Positions 18,493 to 27,535 of a stretch of DNA of 64,000 nucleotides are shown here, piece after piece (within the stretch, counting starts at the first letter, position 1; the number at the start of each line of letters is the position of its first letter). Made by a program: the position numbers and the translations under genes. Source of the stretch: Mageeibacillus sp. UBA3781 (GTDB taxonomy: Bacteria > Bacillota > Clostridia > Saccharofermentanales > Saccharofermentanaceae); contig DFFH01000130.1 of NCBI GenBank assembly GCA_002368805.1, forward strand, positions 10,863 to 74,862. The letters are read 5' to 3'. The notes under the pieces were generated by a model. The model did no database searches. It saw nothing but the letters and a program-made list of their open reading frames with translations, and was not told the origin of the DNA.

Positions 18493-19112
18493 AGTTTTTC
18501 CTCCAAAATGTAAGCTGATTCGATATCTGATGTAAAAATAGCGACCACTGATGGATAAATCTTTGCTGTCTCGGAAAACGGATCCGGATACGTATTCTTA
18601 TCCGGGCCCATGTGAAGCCTGATCATCGCATATTCCTCAGCCTTGAGGCGGATAAAGTTCTGGATATACCAGCATGATTTCTCTCCATGGCCGACCGGGA
18701 AAGAATCTTTAATGCCCCACACTTCTTTTTCTACCCAGTTCGGGACTTCCTTGCCGTACTGGTTGATCTTGGTACCCTCCTTTACGTTTTTAGTTTCTTT
18801 TACATAAAAATTCACTTTACACAGGTCGTGCAGGAGCGATGTGATGATCACCGTATCCGGCTCGATCTTAATTAATCCCTGCGCCACTTTCTCGGAAAGG
18901 CGCTGATATACGTGGAGGCTGTGAAGTGCCAGTCCTCCTTCACAGTTCAGGTGATATTTCGTGGAGGCCGGCGCCGTGAAGAAGTCCGTCTTCGTAACGA
19001 TCCACTCGACGAGACGCTCCATACCCGGTCTTTTCGTTGATAAAAGAAGGTCAGTGATCTTCTTTTGATTCTCATCTCTTTGTTCTTTTGTAATTACAAA
19101 CTCTTCTGCCAT
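18489..19112 (-). CDS. HD-domain hydrolase
   Basis: The protein starts MAEEFVITKEQRDE and carries the H...HD metal motif in HLNCEGGLALHSLHVYQ...SLLHDLCK. The start at 19112 lies 4 nt after the rluA-like stop. The track's longer ORF (to 19310) overlaps that gene. Confidence 0.7.
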   Translation of the reverse strand: MAEEFVITKEQRDENQKKITDLLLSTKRPGMERLVEWIVTKTDFFTAPASTKYHLNCEGGLALHSLHVYQRLSEKVAQGLIKIEPDTVIITSLLHDLCKVNFYVKETKNVKEGTKINQYGKEVPNWVEKEVWGIKDSFPVGHGEKSCWYIQNFIRLKAEEYAMIRLHMGPDKNTYPDPFSETAKIYPSVVAIFTSDIESAYILEEKL

Positions 19113-19116
19113 TACC

Positions 19117-19821
19117 TCACTCCTTTGCAAACTGTTTCCATGGTTCTTCTTTTGAGAGCGGGATCTCAAACACCATCCGCTCATGCGATACAGGGTGGTC
19201 CACCTCAAGATGATAAGATTCCAGAAGGATATCTCCTGAGAATCTGTTCGGACCTTTTCCGTATTTACGGTCTCCGACGATCGGATGTCCGATCGATGAG
19301 AGCTGGGCACGGATCTGATGGGACCGTCCGGTGTGAAGATCTATCGAAAGGAGTGATACCGGGACCCCTGCGATCCTCCCCTCTCCGATGACTTCATAGT
19401 CAAGAGAACACTCCTTGGCATCTTTAGGTGCCTCCGATCTGGTCGGAAAGACATCCACCAGATTGGTCCTGCTGTTTTTCAGAAGATAAGATCTGATCTC
19501 ACCCTGTTTCTTTTCAAAAGCACCGTACACGATCGCGCGGTACTTCTTTTTTACTGTCCGGTTCCGGATCTGTTCGCTGATCCTTCCGGCACATTTACTT
19601 GTCTTGGCAAAGACCATCACGCCGCATACCGGCCGGTCCAGCCTGTGAAGAAGCCCCAGATAGGCTTCTCCCGGTTTTTTATACTTTTCCACCAGATATG
19701 CTTTCAGAAGCGTAAGCATATCCGGATCCCCCGTCGTGTCGCTCTGCGAGAGTATTCCAGCCGGTTTGACCGCCACCAGCAGGTGGTTGTCTTCAAAGAG
19801 GATCTCGGGATACTTCTCCAT
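19117..19821 (-). CDS. RluA-family pseudouridine synthase
   Basis: Carries LLVAVKPAGILSQ...HRLDRPVCGVMVFAKT (catalytic Asp motif HRLD) ...TGRSHQIRAQL. The start is MEKYPEILF at 19821. Confidence 0.85.
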   Translation of the reverse strand: MEKYPEILFEDNHLLVAVKPAGILSQSDTTGDPDMLTLLKAYLVEKYKKPGEAYLGLLHRLDRPVCGVMVFAKTSKCAGRISEQIRNRTVKKKYRAIVYGAFEKKQGEIRSYLLKNSRTNLVDVFPTRSEAPKDAKECSLDYEVIGEGRIAGVPVSLLSIDLHTGRSHQIRAQLSSIGHPIVGDRKYGKGPNRFSGDILLESYHLEVDHPVSHERMVFEIPLSKEEPWKQFAKE

Positions 19822-19822
19822 C

Positions 19823-20731
19823 TCAGAACTCCTCTTTCGTCCATCTTCCGGTACTGCCGCACGGAAGGACCGCATCCATCTTCGTACAGGGAAGTCCCAG
19901 TTCTTCGGAAACAACTTTACCGCCATGCTTTGACTTGACCGCCAGACGCAGGATATCTTCGATCACCATCGAAGACAATCCGGTCGTATAGGAATTGATC
20001 AGGAAAAACAGCGGATCATCCGATATGAGCTGCTCACACTTTTCAACCAAAGGGAAAAGAGCGTCTTCAAGCTTCCACATCTCTCCGGAAGGTCCTCTTC
20101 CGTAAGCCGGCGGATCCATGATGATACCATCGTATTTTCTGCCTCTGCGGATCTCTCTTTCGACAAATCTGCCGCAATCTTCCACGATGAATCGGATATA
20201 ACAGTCATCCAGTCCGCTGGCCACCATGTTTTCCTTGGCACGCTGCACCATACCTTTGCTGGCATCGACATGTACGACTTCCGCCGCCCCTGCTGCCGCA
20301 AAAGCCATCGTAGCGCCGCCCGTATATGCGAAAAGATTAAGGATGCGCGGTTTTCTTCCCTGTTCCACGGCCTTCTTGATAAGCTTTCCGCAGAAATCCC
20401 AGTTGGCCGCCTGTTCAGGAAAAAGACCGGTATGCTTGAAGCTGGTGGGCTCGATGATAAATGTCAGCGGACGGCCGACAGCGTCGTAGCGGATCTTCCA
20501 TTTCTGGGGCATCGGCTTTTCCTTGCTCCAGTGCCCTCCTCCGCTCTCACTTCTGTGATAGATCGCATGCGGCTTCGGCCAGTGCTTCTCCTGCATGCCG
20601 GAATATCCGGTCTTCGGCCAGATCGCCTGCGGATCCGGACGTTGAAGGTAAATATCTCCCCAGCGTTCGTATTTTTCACCCTCACCACAGTAGAGTAATT
20701 CAAAATCCTGCCATCTATCCGCTAAAAACAT
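19823..20731 (-). CDS. class I SAM-dependent (rRNA large-subunit RlmI/RlmK-like) methyltransferase
   Basis: ILNLFAYTGGATMAFAAAGAAEVVHVDAS is the SAM motif I. DGIIMDPPAYG is the DPP(F/Y) motif IV of RNA m5C/m2G methyltransferases. Confidence 0.8.
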   Translation of the reverse strand: MFLADRWQDFELLYCGEGEKYERWGDIYLQRPDPQAIWPKTGYSGMQEKHWPKPHAIYHRSESGGGHWSKEKPMPQKWKIRYDAVGRPLTFIIEPTSFKHTGLFPEQAANWDFCGKLIKKAVEQGRKPRILNLFAYTGGATMAFAAAGAAEVVHVDASKGMVQRAKENMVASGLDDCYIRFIVEDCGRFVEREIRRGRKYDGIIMDPPAYGRGPSGEMWKLEDALFPLVEKCEQLISDDPLFFLINSYTTGLSSMVIEDILRLAVKSKHGGKVVSEELGLPCTKMDAVLPCGSTGRWTKEEF

Positions 20732-20890
20732 ATCTTTTTCCTGTTCATTTCCTTCGAAGATTGTGCCTTTACCGGACGCATCGACACTTGGTATCAGTAT
20801 AGCATTTTCTTGTATTTGAAAAAAGTTTGTTTGTAAATCGATTTTTAGATTATAATAGATGTAATGTTGCTAATAAAAGAGGTATAACAA

Positions 20891-21580
20891 ATGGCTAATG
20901 CTCCTCATATTTTAATCTGCGATGACGACCCGGTCGTACACGAGTCTTTGGGTCTTTATTTTGAGAACGAACACTTCACATATTCCAGCGCTTACGACGG
21001 ACGTGACGCTCTTGCGCATGTTGCTTCCGATAAGCCTGATCTTATTATTCTTGATGTCATGATGCCGGAAAAGACCGGTATCGAGGTATGCCGCGAGATC
21101 AGAAAGACTCTGTCCACCCCGATCATCATCCTTACAGCGAAGGGTGAAGAGATCGACCGTGTACTTGGTCTGGAGCTCGGTGCGGATGACTATATCGTTA
21201 AGCCTTTCTCCCCGAGAGAGGTCATCGCCCGTATCAAGGCTGTTCTGCGCCGTATCAACGAGCCTCAGGAGAATACTTCTCTTCTGCGTTTCGAAGGTCT
21301 GGAGATCAATCTGGATAACTATCAGGTCAAGGTGAAAGGCGAACTCGTTCCGTGCACGCCGAAAGAGGTCGAGATCCTTCATCTTCTCGCCTCCCATATC
21401 GGCCAGGTCATGGATCGTGAGCAGATCCTCTCCCTGATCTGGGGATATGACTATTTCGGCGATACCCGTACTGTAGATACACACATCAAGCGTATCCGTC
21501 AGAAGATCTATTACGAAGGTGCGCCGTGGTCTCTCATCACCGTTTATGGTGTTGGCTATAAGTTTGAGGTCAACTCATAA
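20891..21580 (+). CDS. OmpR-family response regulator
   Basis: The receiver domain has ILICDDDP...DLIILDVMMP...TAKG. The winged-helix output domain has TPKEVEILHLL...TVDTHIKRIRQK...VYGVGYKF. Confidence 0.9.
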   Translation: MANAPHILICDDDPVVHESLGLYFENEHFTYSSAYDGRDALAHVASDKPDLIILDVMMPEKTGIEVCREIRKTLSTPIIILTAKGEEIDRVLGLELGADDYIVKPFSPREVIARIKAVLRRINEPQENTSLLRFEGLEINLDNYQVKVKGELVPCTPKEVEILHLLASHIGQVMDREQILSLIWGYDYFGDTRTVDTHIKRIRQKIYYEGAPWSLITVYGVGYKFEVNS

Positions 21581-23400
21581 TGTTCCGTAGTCTCTTCCTA
21601 CGCAAGATGATCTTTCTGGTGCTGGTAGCGCTCTGCGCATCGGCACTTCTTTCTGCTACGCTTTTTAACTATGCGGCAGGCGAAGTTTCCAAAGACAACA
21701 CCGAAGAGCTCATGATCGATAAAGCCCGCTCCATGTCCTCTTTTCTGCGGGATTATATTGCACAGGACCAGACTATTACCGATAGCGAGATCAGGAGCAA
21801 GCTGAAAAATATCAGCGCAGGGTATTCCTCACACGATGTTCTCGGCAATTTCTTCCTTCTGTACGATGCAGGCGGAAATATCATTTCCTCTTCCAATCCA
21901 CAGACCGAGGATGATCTTCGTCTTTTAAGCTCCATCGATGTATTCTGCAAGACGAATATGCTGAACAATAACGAAAACAAGAACATCCGCGGCAATCTCA
22001 AGGACGGAGATGTTACCGCACGGGTGATCCAGGTACCGGTTCAGTCAGAAAATAAAATGATCGGTTATCTGATCATCGGCGACCGCATCAGCGGCGCTCC
22101 TTCGACAGTTACCGGATTCAGCCAGGTGCTGATCCTCTCGACGCTTCTGGTATCGATGTTTATGCTCATTCCTGTTTATTTTGCCAGTAAGCGCTTGATC
22201 CGTCCTCTCAACCGGGTAACGGATGTTGCTAATGCACTGGGACGCGGCGACTTCTCCATCCGAGCGAATGACAAGACCAAAGGTGAGATCGGTGATCTGG
22301 CCGCATCGGTCAATGAGCTCGCCGAAAAACTCTCCAAATCCATCACCAGTGTCACTACCGAGCGTAACCGACTCAAAGAGATCTTCGATATCATTTCCGA
22401 AGGAATCGTATCTGTCAATAAAGATCTGCAGCCGGACTATTCCAATAACGCGATCGCCACGCTTTTCGAGAAAGTACCGAGAAAGAATCTTTTCACCGAG
22501 AAGCTTCAGCTCATTCCTTTTGAAGAAGTCTGGGAAGATTTTGAAAACTGCATCAAGACCGGTGAGACATACGAACGCACGATCGAAGCGAAGGACTGTG
22601 CATATTCTTCCACGATCGTGCCGATCAAAGATAATGAAAAAGCGATCATCGGAGCAACGGGCTTCTTCCGTGACATCTCCGAGCAGGAGCGTCTCGAGCA
22701 GACCAGACGTGACTATGTGGCAAACGTATCCCACGAGCTTCGTACTCCTCTCACCGCCATGCGCGGACTTGTCGAGCCTCTTGCTGACGGCATGGTTAAG
22801 AAAGAGGAAGACCGCCAGAGATACTATGGCATCATCCTCCACGAGACGATGCGTCTTTCCCGACTGATCGATGACATGCTTGAGCTTTCGAGACTTCAGG
22901 CAAGAACGCTCGCATTTAAGACTTTCCCGTTTGACCTCAATAAGCTTCTTTCCGAATTCGAAACGAAGTTCAAGCCGGTCATGGAAGATGCGGAACTGAA
23001 TTTCTCCGTCGAATATAAAACGGGACCGCTTCCTACGGTTATGGGTAACCCGGACCGTGTCGAGCAGATCATCGTTATTCTTCTGGACAATGCAAAGAAA
23101 TACACACCTGCGGGCGGCAGTATCACGATCTCTACGGAATACAGCGACGAGACCGATCAGGTACTGGTTTCTGTTATCGATACCGGACAAGGTATCCACG
23201 AGTACGATATCGATCATATCTTTGACCGCTTCTATAAGGCGGACCGTGCCCGTGGCAAGAAAGGCACCGGTCTGGGTCTTGCTATTGCAAAAGAACTCTT
23301 AAGCTACATGGGTGAGACGATTACCGTACAGAGCGAATATGGCGAAGGCACGACGTTCACCTTCACCCTGAAGCGTGTCACCGGTTCCGTCTGGTATTGA
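21580..23400 (+). CDS. sensor histidine kinase (TM-HAMP-PAS-HisKA-HATPase)
   Basis: The H-box is ANVSHELRTPLTAM, the N-box is LLDNAKKYTP, and the G-boxes are DTGQGI and GTGLGLAIAKE. The gene has a 1-nt TAATG overlap with the response regulator. Confidence 0.9.
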   Translation: MFRSLFLRKMIFLVLVALCASALLSATLFNYAAGEVSKDNTEELMIDKARSMSSFLRDYIAQDQTITDSEIRSKLKNISAGYSSHDVLGNFFLLYDAGGNIISSSNPQTEDDLRLLSSIDVFCKTNMLNNNENKNIRGNLKDGDVTARVIQVPVQSENKMIGYLIIGDRISGAPSTVTGFSQVLILSTLLVSMFMLIPVYFASKRLIRPLNRVTDVANALGRGDFSIRANDKTKGEIGDLAASVNELAEKLSKSITSVTTERNRLKEIFDIISEGIVSVNKDLQPDYSNNAIATLFEKVPRKNLFTEKLQLIPFEEVWEDFENCIKTGETYERTIEAKDCAYSSTIVPIKDNEKAIIGATGFFRDISEQERLEQTRRDYVANVSHELRTPLTAMRGLVEPLADGMVKKEEDRQRYYGIILHETMRLSRLIDDMLELSRLQARTLAFKTFPFDLNKLLSEFETKFKPVMEDAELNFSVEYKTGPLPTVMGNPDRVEQIIVILLDNAKKYTPAGGSITISTEYSDETDQVLVSVIDTGQGIHEYDIDHIFDRFYKADRARGKKGTGLGLAIAKELLSYMGETITVQSEYGEGTTFTFTLKRVTGSVWY

Positions 23401-23412
23401 TCGGAGCATATC

Positions 23413-24159
23413 ATGGATCAAAGATCTAACCCGACTTTTTCCGATGCCAAAGACTCGGTACGTATCAACAAGTACATCAGCTCCAGCGGGTTTTGTTCCC
23501 GAAGAAAAGCGGACGAGTATGTGCAGGCAGGCTGCGTAACGATCGATGGCGAAACTGCCGAATCAGGATCCCAGGTATTCCCGGGACAGGTCGTACTCGT
23601 AAACGGAAAGCCGGTCATTCCTACGGATGATCACGTTTATCTGGCATTTCACAAGCCACTTGGGATCACCTGCACCACGGACAGAAGAGATAAAAGTAAT
23701 ATCATAGATTATATTCATTATCCAATGCGCATCTTCCCTATCGGACGGCTGGATAAAAACTCCACCGGGCTGATCCTTCTCACGAATGACGGTGATATCG
23801 TCAACCGTCTTCTTCGCGCGGAAGGACGCCATGATAAGGAATATGTAGTTACTGTGGATAAGCCTGTCGATGAAGATTTCAAGCGTAAGATGGAGGGCGG
23901 TCTTCCGATCCTCAACACGATCACTCTGCCGTGCAAAGTGAAGCTTTCCGGAAAGAATACTTTTCACATCATATTGAACCAGGGCTTGAACCGTCAGATC
24001 CGCAGAATGTGTGAATACCTGGGTTATAAAGTCGTCCGCCTCAAACGTATCCGCATCCTCAATCTTTCACTTGGTACACTTCCTGTAGGACAATACCGTG
24101 AACTGACGGCAAAAGAAAGAAAGGATCTGTTTTCCATCCTCGAAAAAAACAGAAAATAA
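23413..24159 (+). CDS. RsuA/RluB/RluF-family pseudouridine synthase with S4 domain
   Basis: The S4 domain has RINKYISSSGFCSRRKADEYV. The catalytic motif is PIGRLDKNSTGLILLTNDG, and NRQIRRM is also present. Confidence 0.85.
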   Translation: MDQRSNPTFSDAKDSVRINKYISSSGFCSRRKADEYVQAGCVTIDGETAESGSQVFPGQVVLVNGKPVIPTDDHVYLAFHKPLGITCTTDRRDKSNIIDYIHYPMRIFPIGRLDKNSTGLILLTNDGDIVNRLLRAEGRHDKEYVVTVDKPVDEDFKRKMEGGLPILNTITLPCKVKLSGKNTFHIILNQGLNRQIRRMCEYLGYKVVRLKRIRILNLSLGTLPVGQYRELTAKERKDLFSILEKNRK

Positions 24160-24203
24160 AAAGGGCCTCCGACATAGCCGAAGACCCTCTTCATATAGTG
24201 AAA

Positions 24204-27200
24204 TTAGAGTTTTGGAGCAAATTCAATTGTTTCCTCATACCGCACATTCTTTGCGACCTTGTGCCGGTCGAGGACATCCGGGCCTCTTTCGATCCCTTTC
24301 ATATAGAAATCAAGATACAGATGCGTCCGTCCATCGGATTCGATCAGTTCCTGATGCGAACAGTCGTCAAGGTCTTCCGGCATATAAGGAAGACAGGAGA
24401 ATGAGAACGGATCCATCTTATTCTTCTTGATGGCAAGTCCTTTTATATCATCGAGCTGGAGCAAAAGATACTTCGTATCCGCATGGGCGCCATTCTCGGA
24501 AGGACGGGCGTACTCGTGATACAAAGGACTGTCCAGAGATGTGAACCAGCCGATCCTCTGGGATTCCTTACGATCGACATAAGACTCTCCATTACCTCTT
24601 CCATACCATCCGATATGCGTACGGGAATCGATCGGGACACGGAATCCGTAACGGACAAGATCAAACTTCGGGACAAACTCAATAGTCGCCATCAGACGTC
24701 CGTCGGGCTTTACACGATAGTGAACGAGGATCGGTCCTTTCATACCATTAGATGTATATTTACATATGAGATGGAAGTCTTCTCCATCCATCTCATAGAA
24801 GCTTCCGATAAAGCGGATCTCACCCTGGATCGTACGCCAGTCCGTCTCATGAGAGAATACTGTCTGTGAAAGGACATATGATTTGTCCGCACGATCGATA
24901 TTGGAAGCGGCACGGTAGAAGCTTGGTTCCAAAAGACCGTCGAAATACTCTTTTCCTTCGATCTTCACTGAACAAAGACCACCCTCATGACGGCTGAATC
25001 CATAGCGCACATGCTTGGTCTGCGCATAAAGGAATGCCGGAGATGTCAGCATCTGTACAGCAGGCTTCTTCTCATCAAGGATCAGGCTGCTCTCCAGCGC
25101 CGAAGCATCAATGATCTGAATCGAACCGTCCTCCGCGACGCTTCCCACCGCATCATCTTTTTCATTCGGATCACATACTTCATCCACAAGTACCTGCTGA
25201 TAGAATGCAAGCTCAAAGCCGGCACGGGCATACAAGGAGTCCTTCTCGAGCGTCAGTCTGATATCCAGAAGCAGTTCTTTACAAACCGCCTGATTATATA
25301 CTTCCACTGCCTTCGGGTACTGCTGTGCCCAGGCGGATGTCAGAAAATCACCTACTTTGAACGGGAACTGCATCGCGCGGTTTCCCATTGCCGGGATCGG
25401 AGGAACAATACCGGATCCGCCGGTAAGGCGAACACCTCCGATAAGTAACTGCCACTTCAGTTCGATCGAAGGAGTCGCACCAAACTGAAGAACATTGTGT
25501 ACATTCAGGCTGGAAGGATCTTCCGCAGAGGAGAAGATCTTAATTCCTTCGCACTGTTTCTTCACTTCAAAGAATATCGGATGCGGTCTTCTGTTCGCAT
25601 CGACGATGCCCTGTGCGATAGATACACCGATCTGCTCCGAATATTCGACCAGATCGCCCTGATGGATATACTTAAGATCCATGGTATCTTCTTCTCTTCT
25701 CGGTCTCGCAAGTATCGACTCGAAAAGCACTTTATCTTCTTTCAGTTTACTCTTCAGATAACGTCTGTTGACGCACAGATCACACCACTCACCGAAGATC
25801 ATGCCGGCATTATTCGGGAAAGGCGGCATATCGGAGACCGTTCCGGTCTTGTCGATCTCACAGTACAACGGGCGTTTGGCATCAAAAGCATTGATGCGCT
25901 GTTTTACATCAAGATATGCATTTTCTTCAAATCTCTTACCTGTCATCGACCACATAATGATACATGGATGATTGATCAGAGAATATACCGTCTGCGGAAG
26001 TACAGCAGCCGCAGACTGAAGGATGACATACATACCGTATTCATCGCACAGATCGAAGAACTTCGAATCCGTCGGATGATGAACGACATAGATCGTATTG
26101 ATATTCGCGCTCTTCATCATGAGGATATCCTGGCGGAATCTCTCCAGCGGCACGGAAATACCGTCTTCCGGATCAAACTCGTAGTACTTCACGCCATGGA
26201 TCGGTACAGCAACATCATTTATATGGATGATGCTTTCCGAATATGTGATCGTTCTGAATCCGAAGCGCTGCTTCTTCACGCAGATGACCTCGTCCTTATT
26301 ATTCCGGACTTCAATGATCAGGTCATACAGATTCGGTGTCTGATCCGTCCAGGGAAGTACGAGCTTGGCATAAAACTCCGTTCCCATGATCTTGACACCT
26401 TCCTTGGGAATGGTATCGGAAAGTTCTTTTCGCTGGGAGAGACGATGCTCCGGAAGATTATACAGATCATACTCGTCACGGGCTTCCATAAGCCGGCAGT
26501 TGATCGTGACCTGAACATCATACGGAAGATGGTTAAAAAGCTCAACCTCGACATTTAGTCCGGCATCTCTTCTGATTTCCGCATCACTTAGGATCTCTTT
26601 CTCACGATCCGTCAGCTGATCGTCATTATCTGACCGGTAAAGGCTCGAAACGAGAGCCGTTTTCGGCACAACGTCCTTGGCCAGTGTATCAGTAAGGAAC
26701 GAAGAGAAAAGCCGTACGGAAGAGATCTCCACATCCGACTCCGCAATAAGATAAGGAAGGCGGAAAAGCCCCGAGAATCCAAAAGCACCCTGTGCCCGGA
26801 CATTCTTTTTCAGCCTCCCCTTCTCCATTCTCATATCGAATCTTCTTACCGCAATAGAGATCAGGTTCGCACCTTCATGAAGTGCTTCATTCAGCAGACA
26901 CTTTGTTGTGGAGAATGTGCTTCGTGAAGAAGAAATATGTTTACCGTTGATACTGATGGAATAGTGTCCGACGATACCATCAGATACGAAATACACGAAA
27001 CGGTGGATAAACTGCTCCGGAAGATTGACCCAGACACGATAAAGGCCATAGTCATTCGTATTTTCCATACCGGCGTCATCCGCCAGTCTCTGTTGCAGTT
27101 TAGAGGTCTTTTTTGAAAGGAGAGCATTCTTCTCATAGACGAGTTCACTCGGATACCCGTAGCCCTGCATCTGCCACACACTGGGTACATTGATCAGATC

Positions 27201-27401
27201 CCAGGAATCATCATCGAATTCCGGTTCTGTCCAGCTCTCGGGGATATCTTCTTTCGTCCTGGCATGGAAAAAACGCCAGTTCGGAAGATCCAGTTTCCAG
27301 ACAGAAGACAGACGTCCGAACTCCGGCGGCTGTTTCTCCGCATAGAGTTCATCGATCGAATCATATGGATAGAAATATCCTTGCGCTGGCAGTTGCGTCA
27401 T
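24204..27401 (-). CDS. glycoside hydrolase family 2-like protein (beta-galactosidase architecture, divergent active-site motifs)
   Basis: 1065 aa. The sugar-binding N-terminus has WDLINVPSVWQMQGYG. The TIM-barrel region has NTIYVVHHPTDSKFFDLCDEYGMYVI and INHPCIIMWS. GIVDANRRPHP matches LacZ GLVFADRTPHP. A C-terminal small-chain-like domain is present. There is no signal peptide. Confidence 0.75.
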   Translation of the reverse strand: MTQLPAQGYFYPYDSIDELYAEKQPPEFGRLSSVWKLDLPNWRFFHARTKEDIPESWTEPEFDDDSWDLINVPSVWQMQGYGYPSELVYEKNALLSKKTSKLQQRLADDAGMENTNDYGLYRVWVNLPEQFIHRFVYFVSDGIVGHYSISINGKHISSSRSTFSTTKCLLNEALHEGANLISIAVRRFDMRMEKGRLKKNVRAQGAFGFSGLFRLPYLIAESDVEISSVRLFSSFLTDTLAKDVVPKTALVSSLYRSDNDDQLTDREKEILSDAEIRRDAGLNVEVELFNHLPYDVQVTINCRLMEARDEYDLYNLPEHRLSQRKELSDTIPKEGVKIMGTEFYAKLVLPWTDQTPNLYDLIIEVRNNKDEVICVKKQRFGFRTITYSESIIHINDVAVPIHGVKYYEFDPEDGISVPLERFRQDILMMKSANINTIYVVHHPTDSKFFDLCDEYGMYVILQSAAAVLPQTVYSLINHPCIIMWSMTGKRFEENAYLDVKQRINAFDAKRPLYCEIDKTGTVSDMPPFPNNAGMIFGEWCDLCVNRRYLKSKLKEDKVLFESILARPRREEDTMDLKYIHQGDLVEYSEQIGVSIAQGIVDANRRPHPIFFEVKKQCEGIKIFSSAEDPSSLNVHNVLQFGATPSIELKWQLLIGGVRLTGGSGIVPPIPAMGNRAMQFPFKVGDFLTSAWAQQYPKAVEVYNQAVCKELLLDIRLTLEKDSLYARAGFELAFYQQVLVDEVCDPNEKDDAVGSVAEDGSIQIIDASALESSLILDEKKPAVQMLTSPAFLYAQTKHVRYGFSRHEGGLCSVKIEGKEYFDGLLEPSFYRAASNIDRADKSYVLSQTVFSHETDWRTIQGEIRFIGSFYEMDGEDFHLICKYTSNGMKGPILVHYRVKPDGRLMATIEFVPKFDLVRYGFRVPIDSRTHIGWYGRGNGESYVDRKESQRIGWFTSLDSPLYHEYARPSENGAHADTKYLLLQLDDIKGLAIKKNKMDPFSFSCLPYMPEDLDDCSHQELIESDGRTHLYLDFYMKGIERGPDVLDRHKVAKNVRYEETIEFAPKL

Positions 27402-27535
27402 GCTTCTCTCCGTTAAAAATCTGCATGAAGATGCAGTTTGTTAACGTTATTGTAGCACGGCGCTGACCCCTTCATGTATCAGAGATATTTCATTTTGAAG
27501 AAGTCATGGAAACAATTATGAAGCAGCCTGAAAAA

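Noticed and set aside
18489-19310. The long 273-aa version of the HD-domain ORF. Similar N-terminal extensions occur at 1766, 2629, 5626, 7943, 10625, 16377, 19926, 30046, 38953, 52419 and 53005.
   Set aside because: The extensions overlap the upstream gene's coding region and lack an RBS. Internal starts with GGAGG-type RBS give the conserved family N-termini.
24160-24203. Imperfect inverted repeat (gggcctccgac...ccgaagaccc) between the convergent pseudouridine synthase and GH2 genes, considered as a bidirectional terminator.
   Set aside because: The stem has two mismatches in nine positions and no clear U-tract on either strand, which is too weak to annotate.
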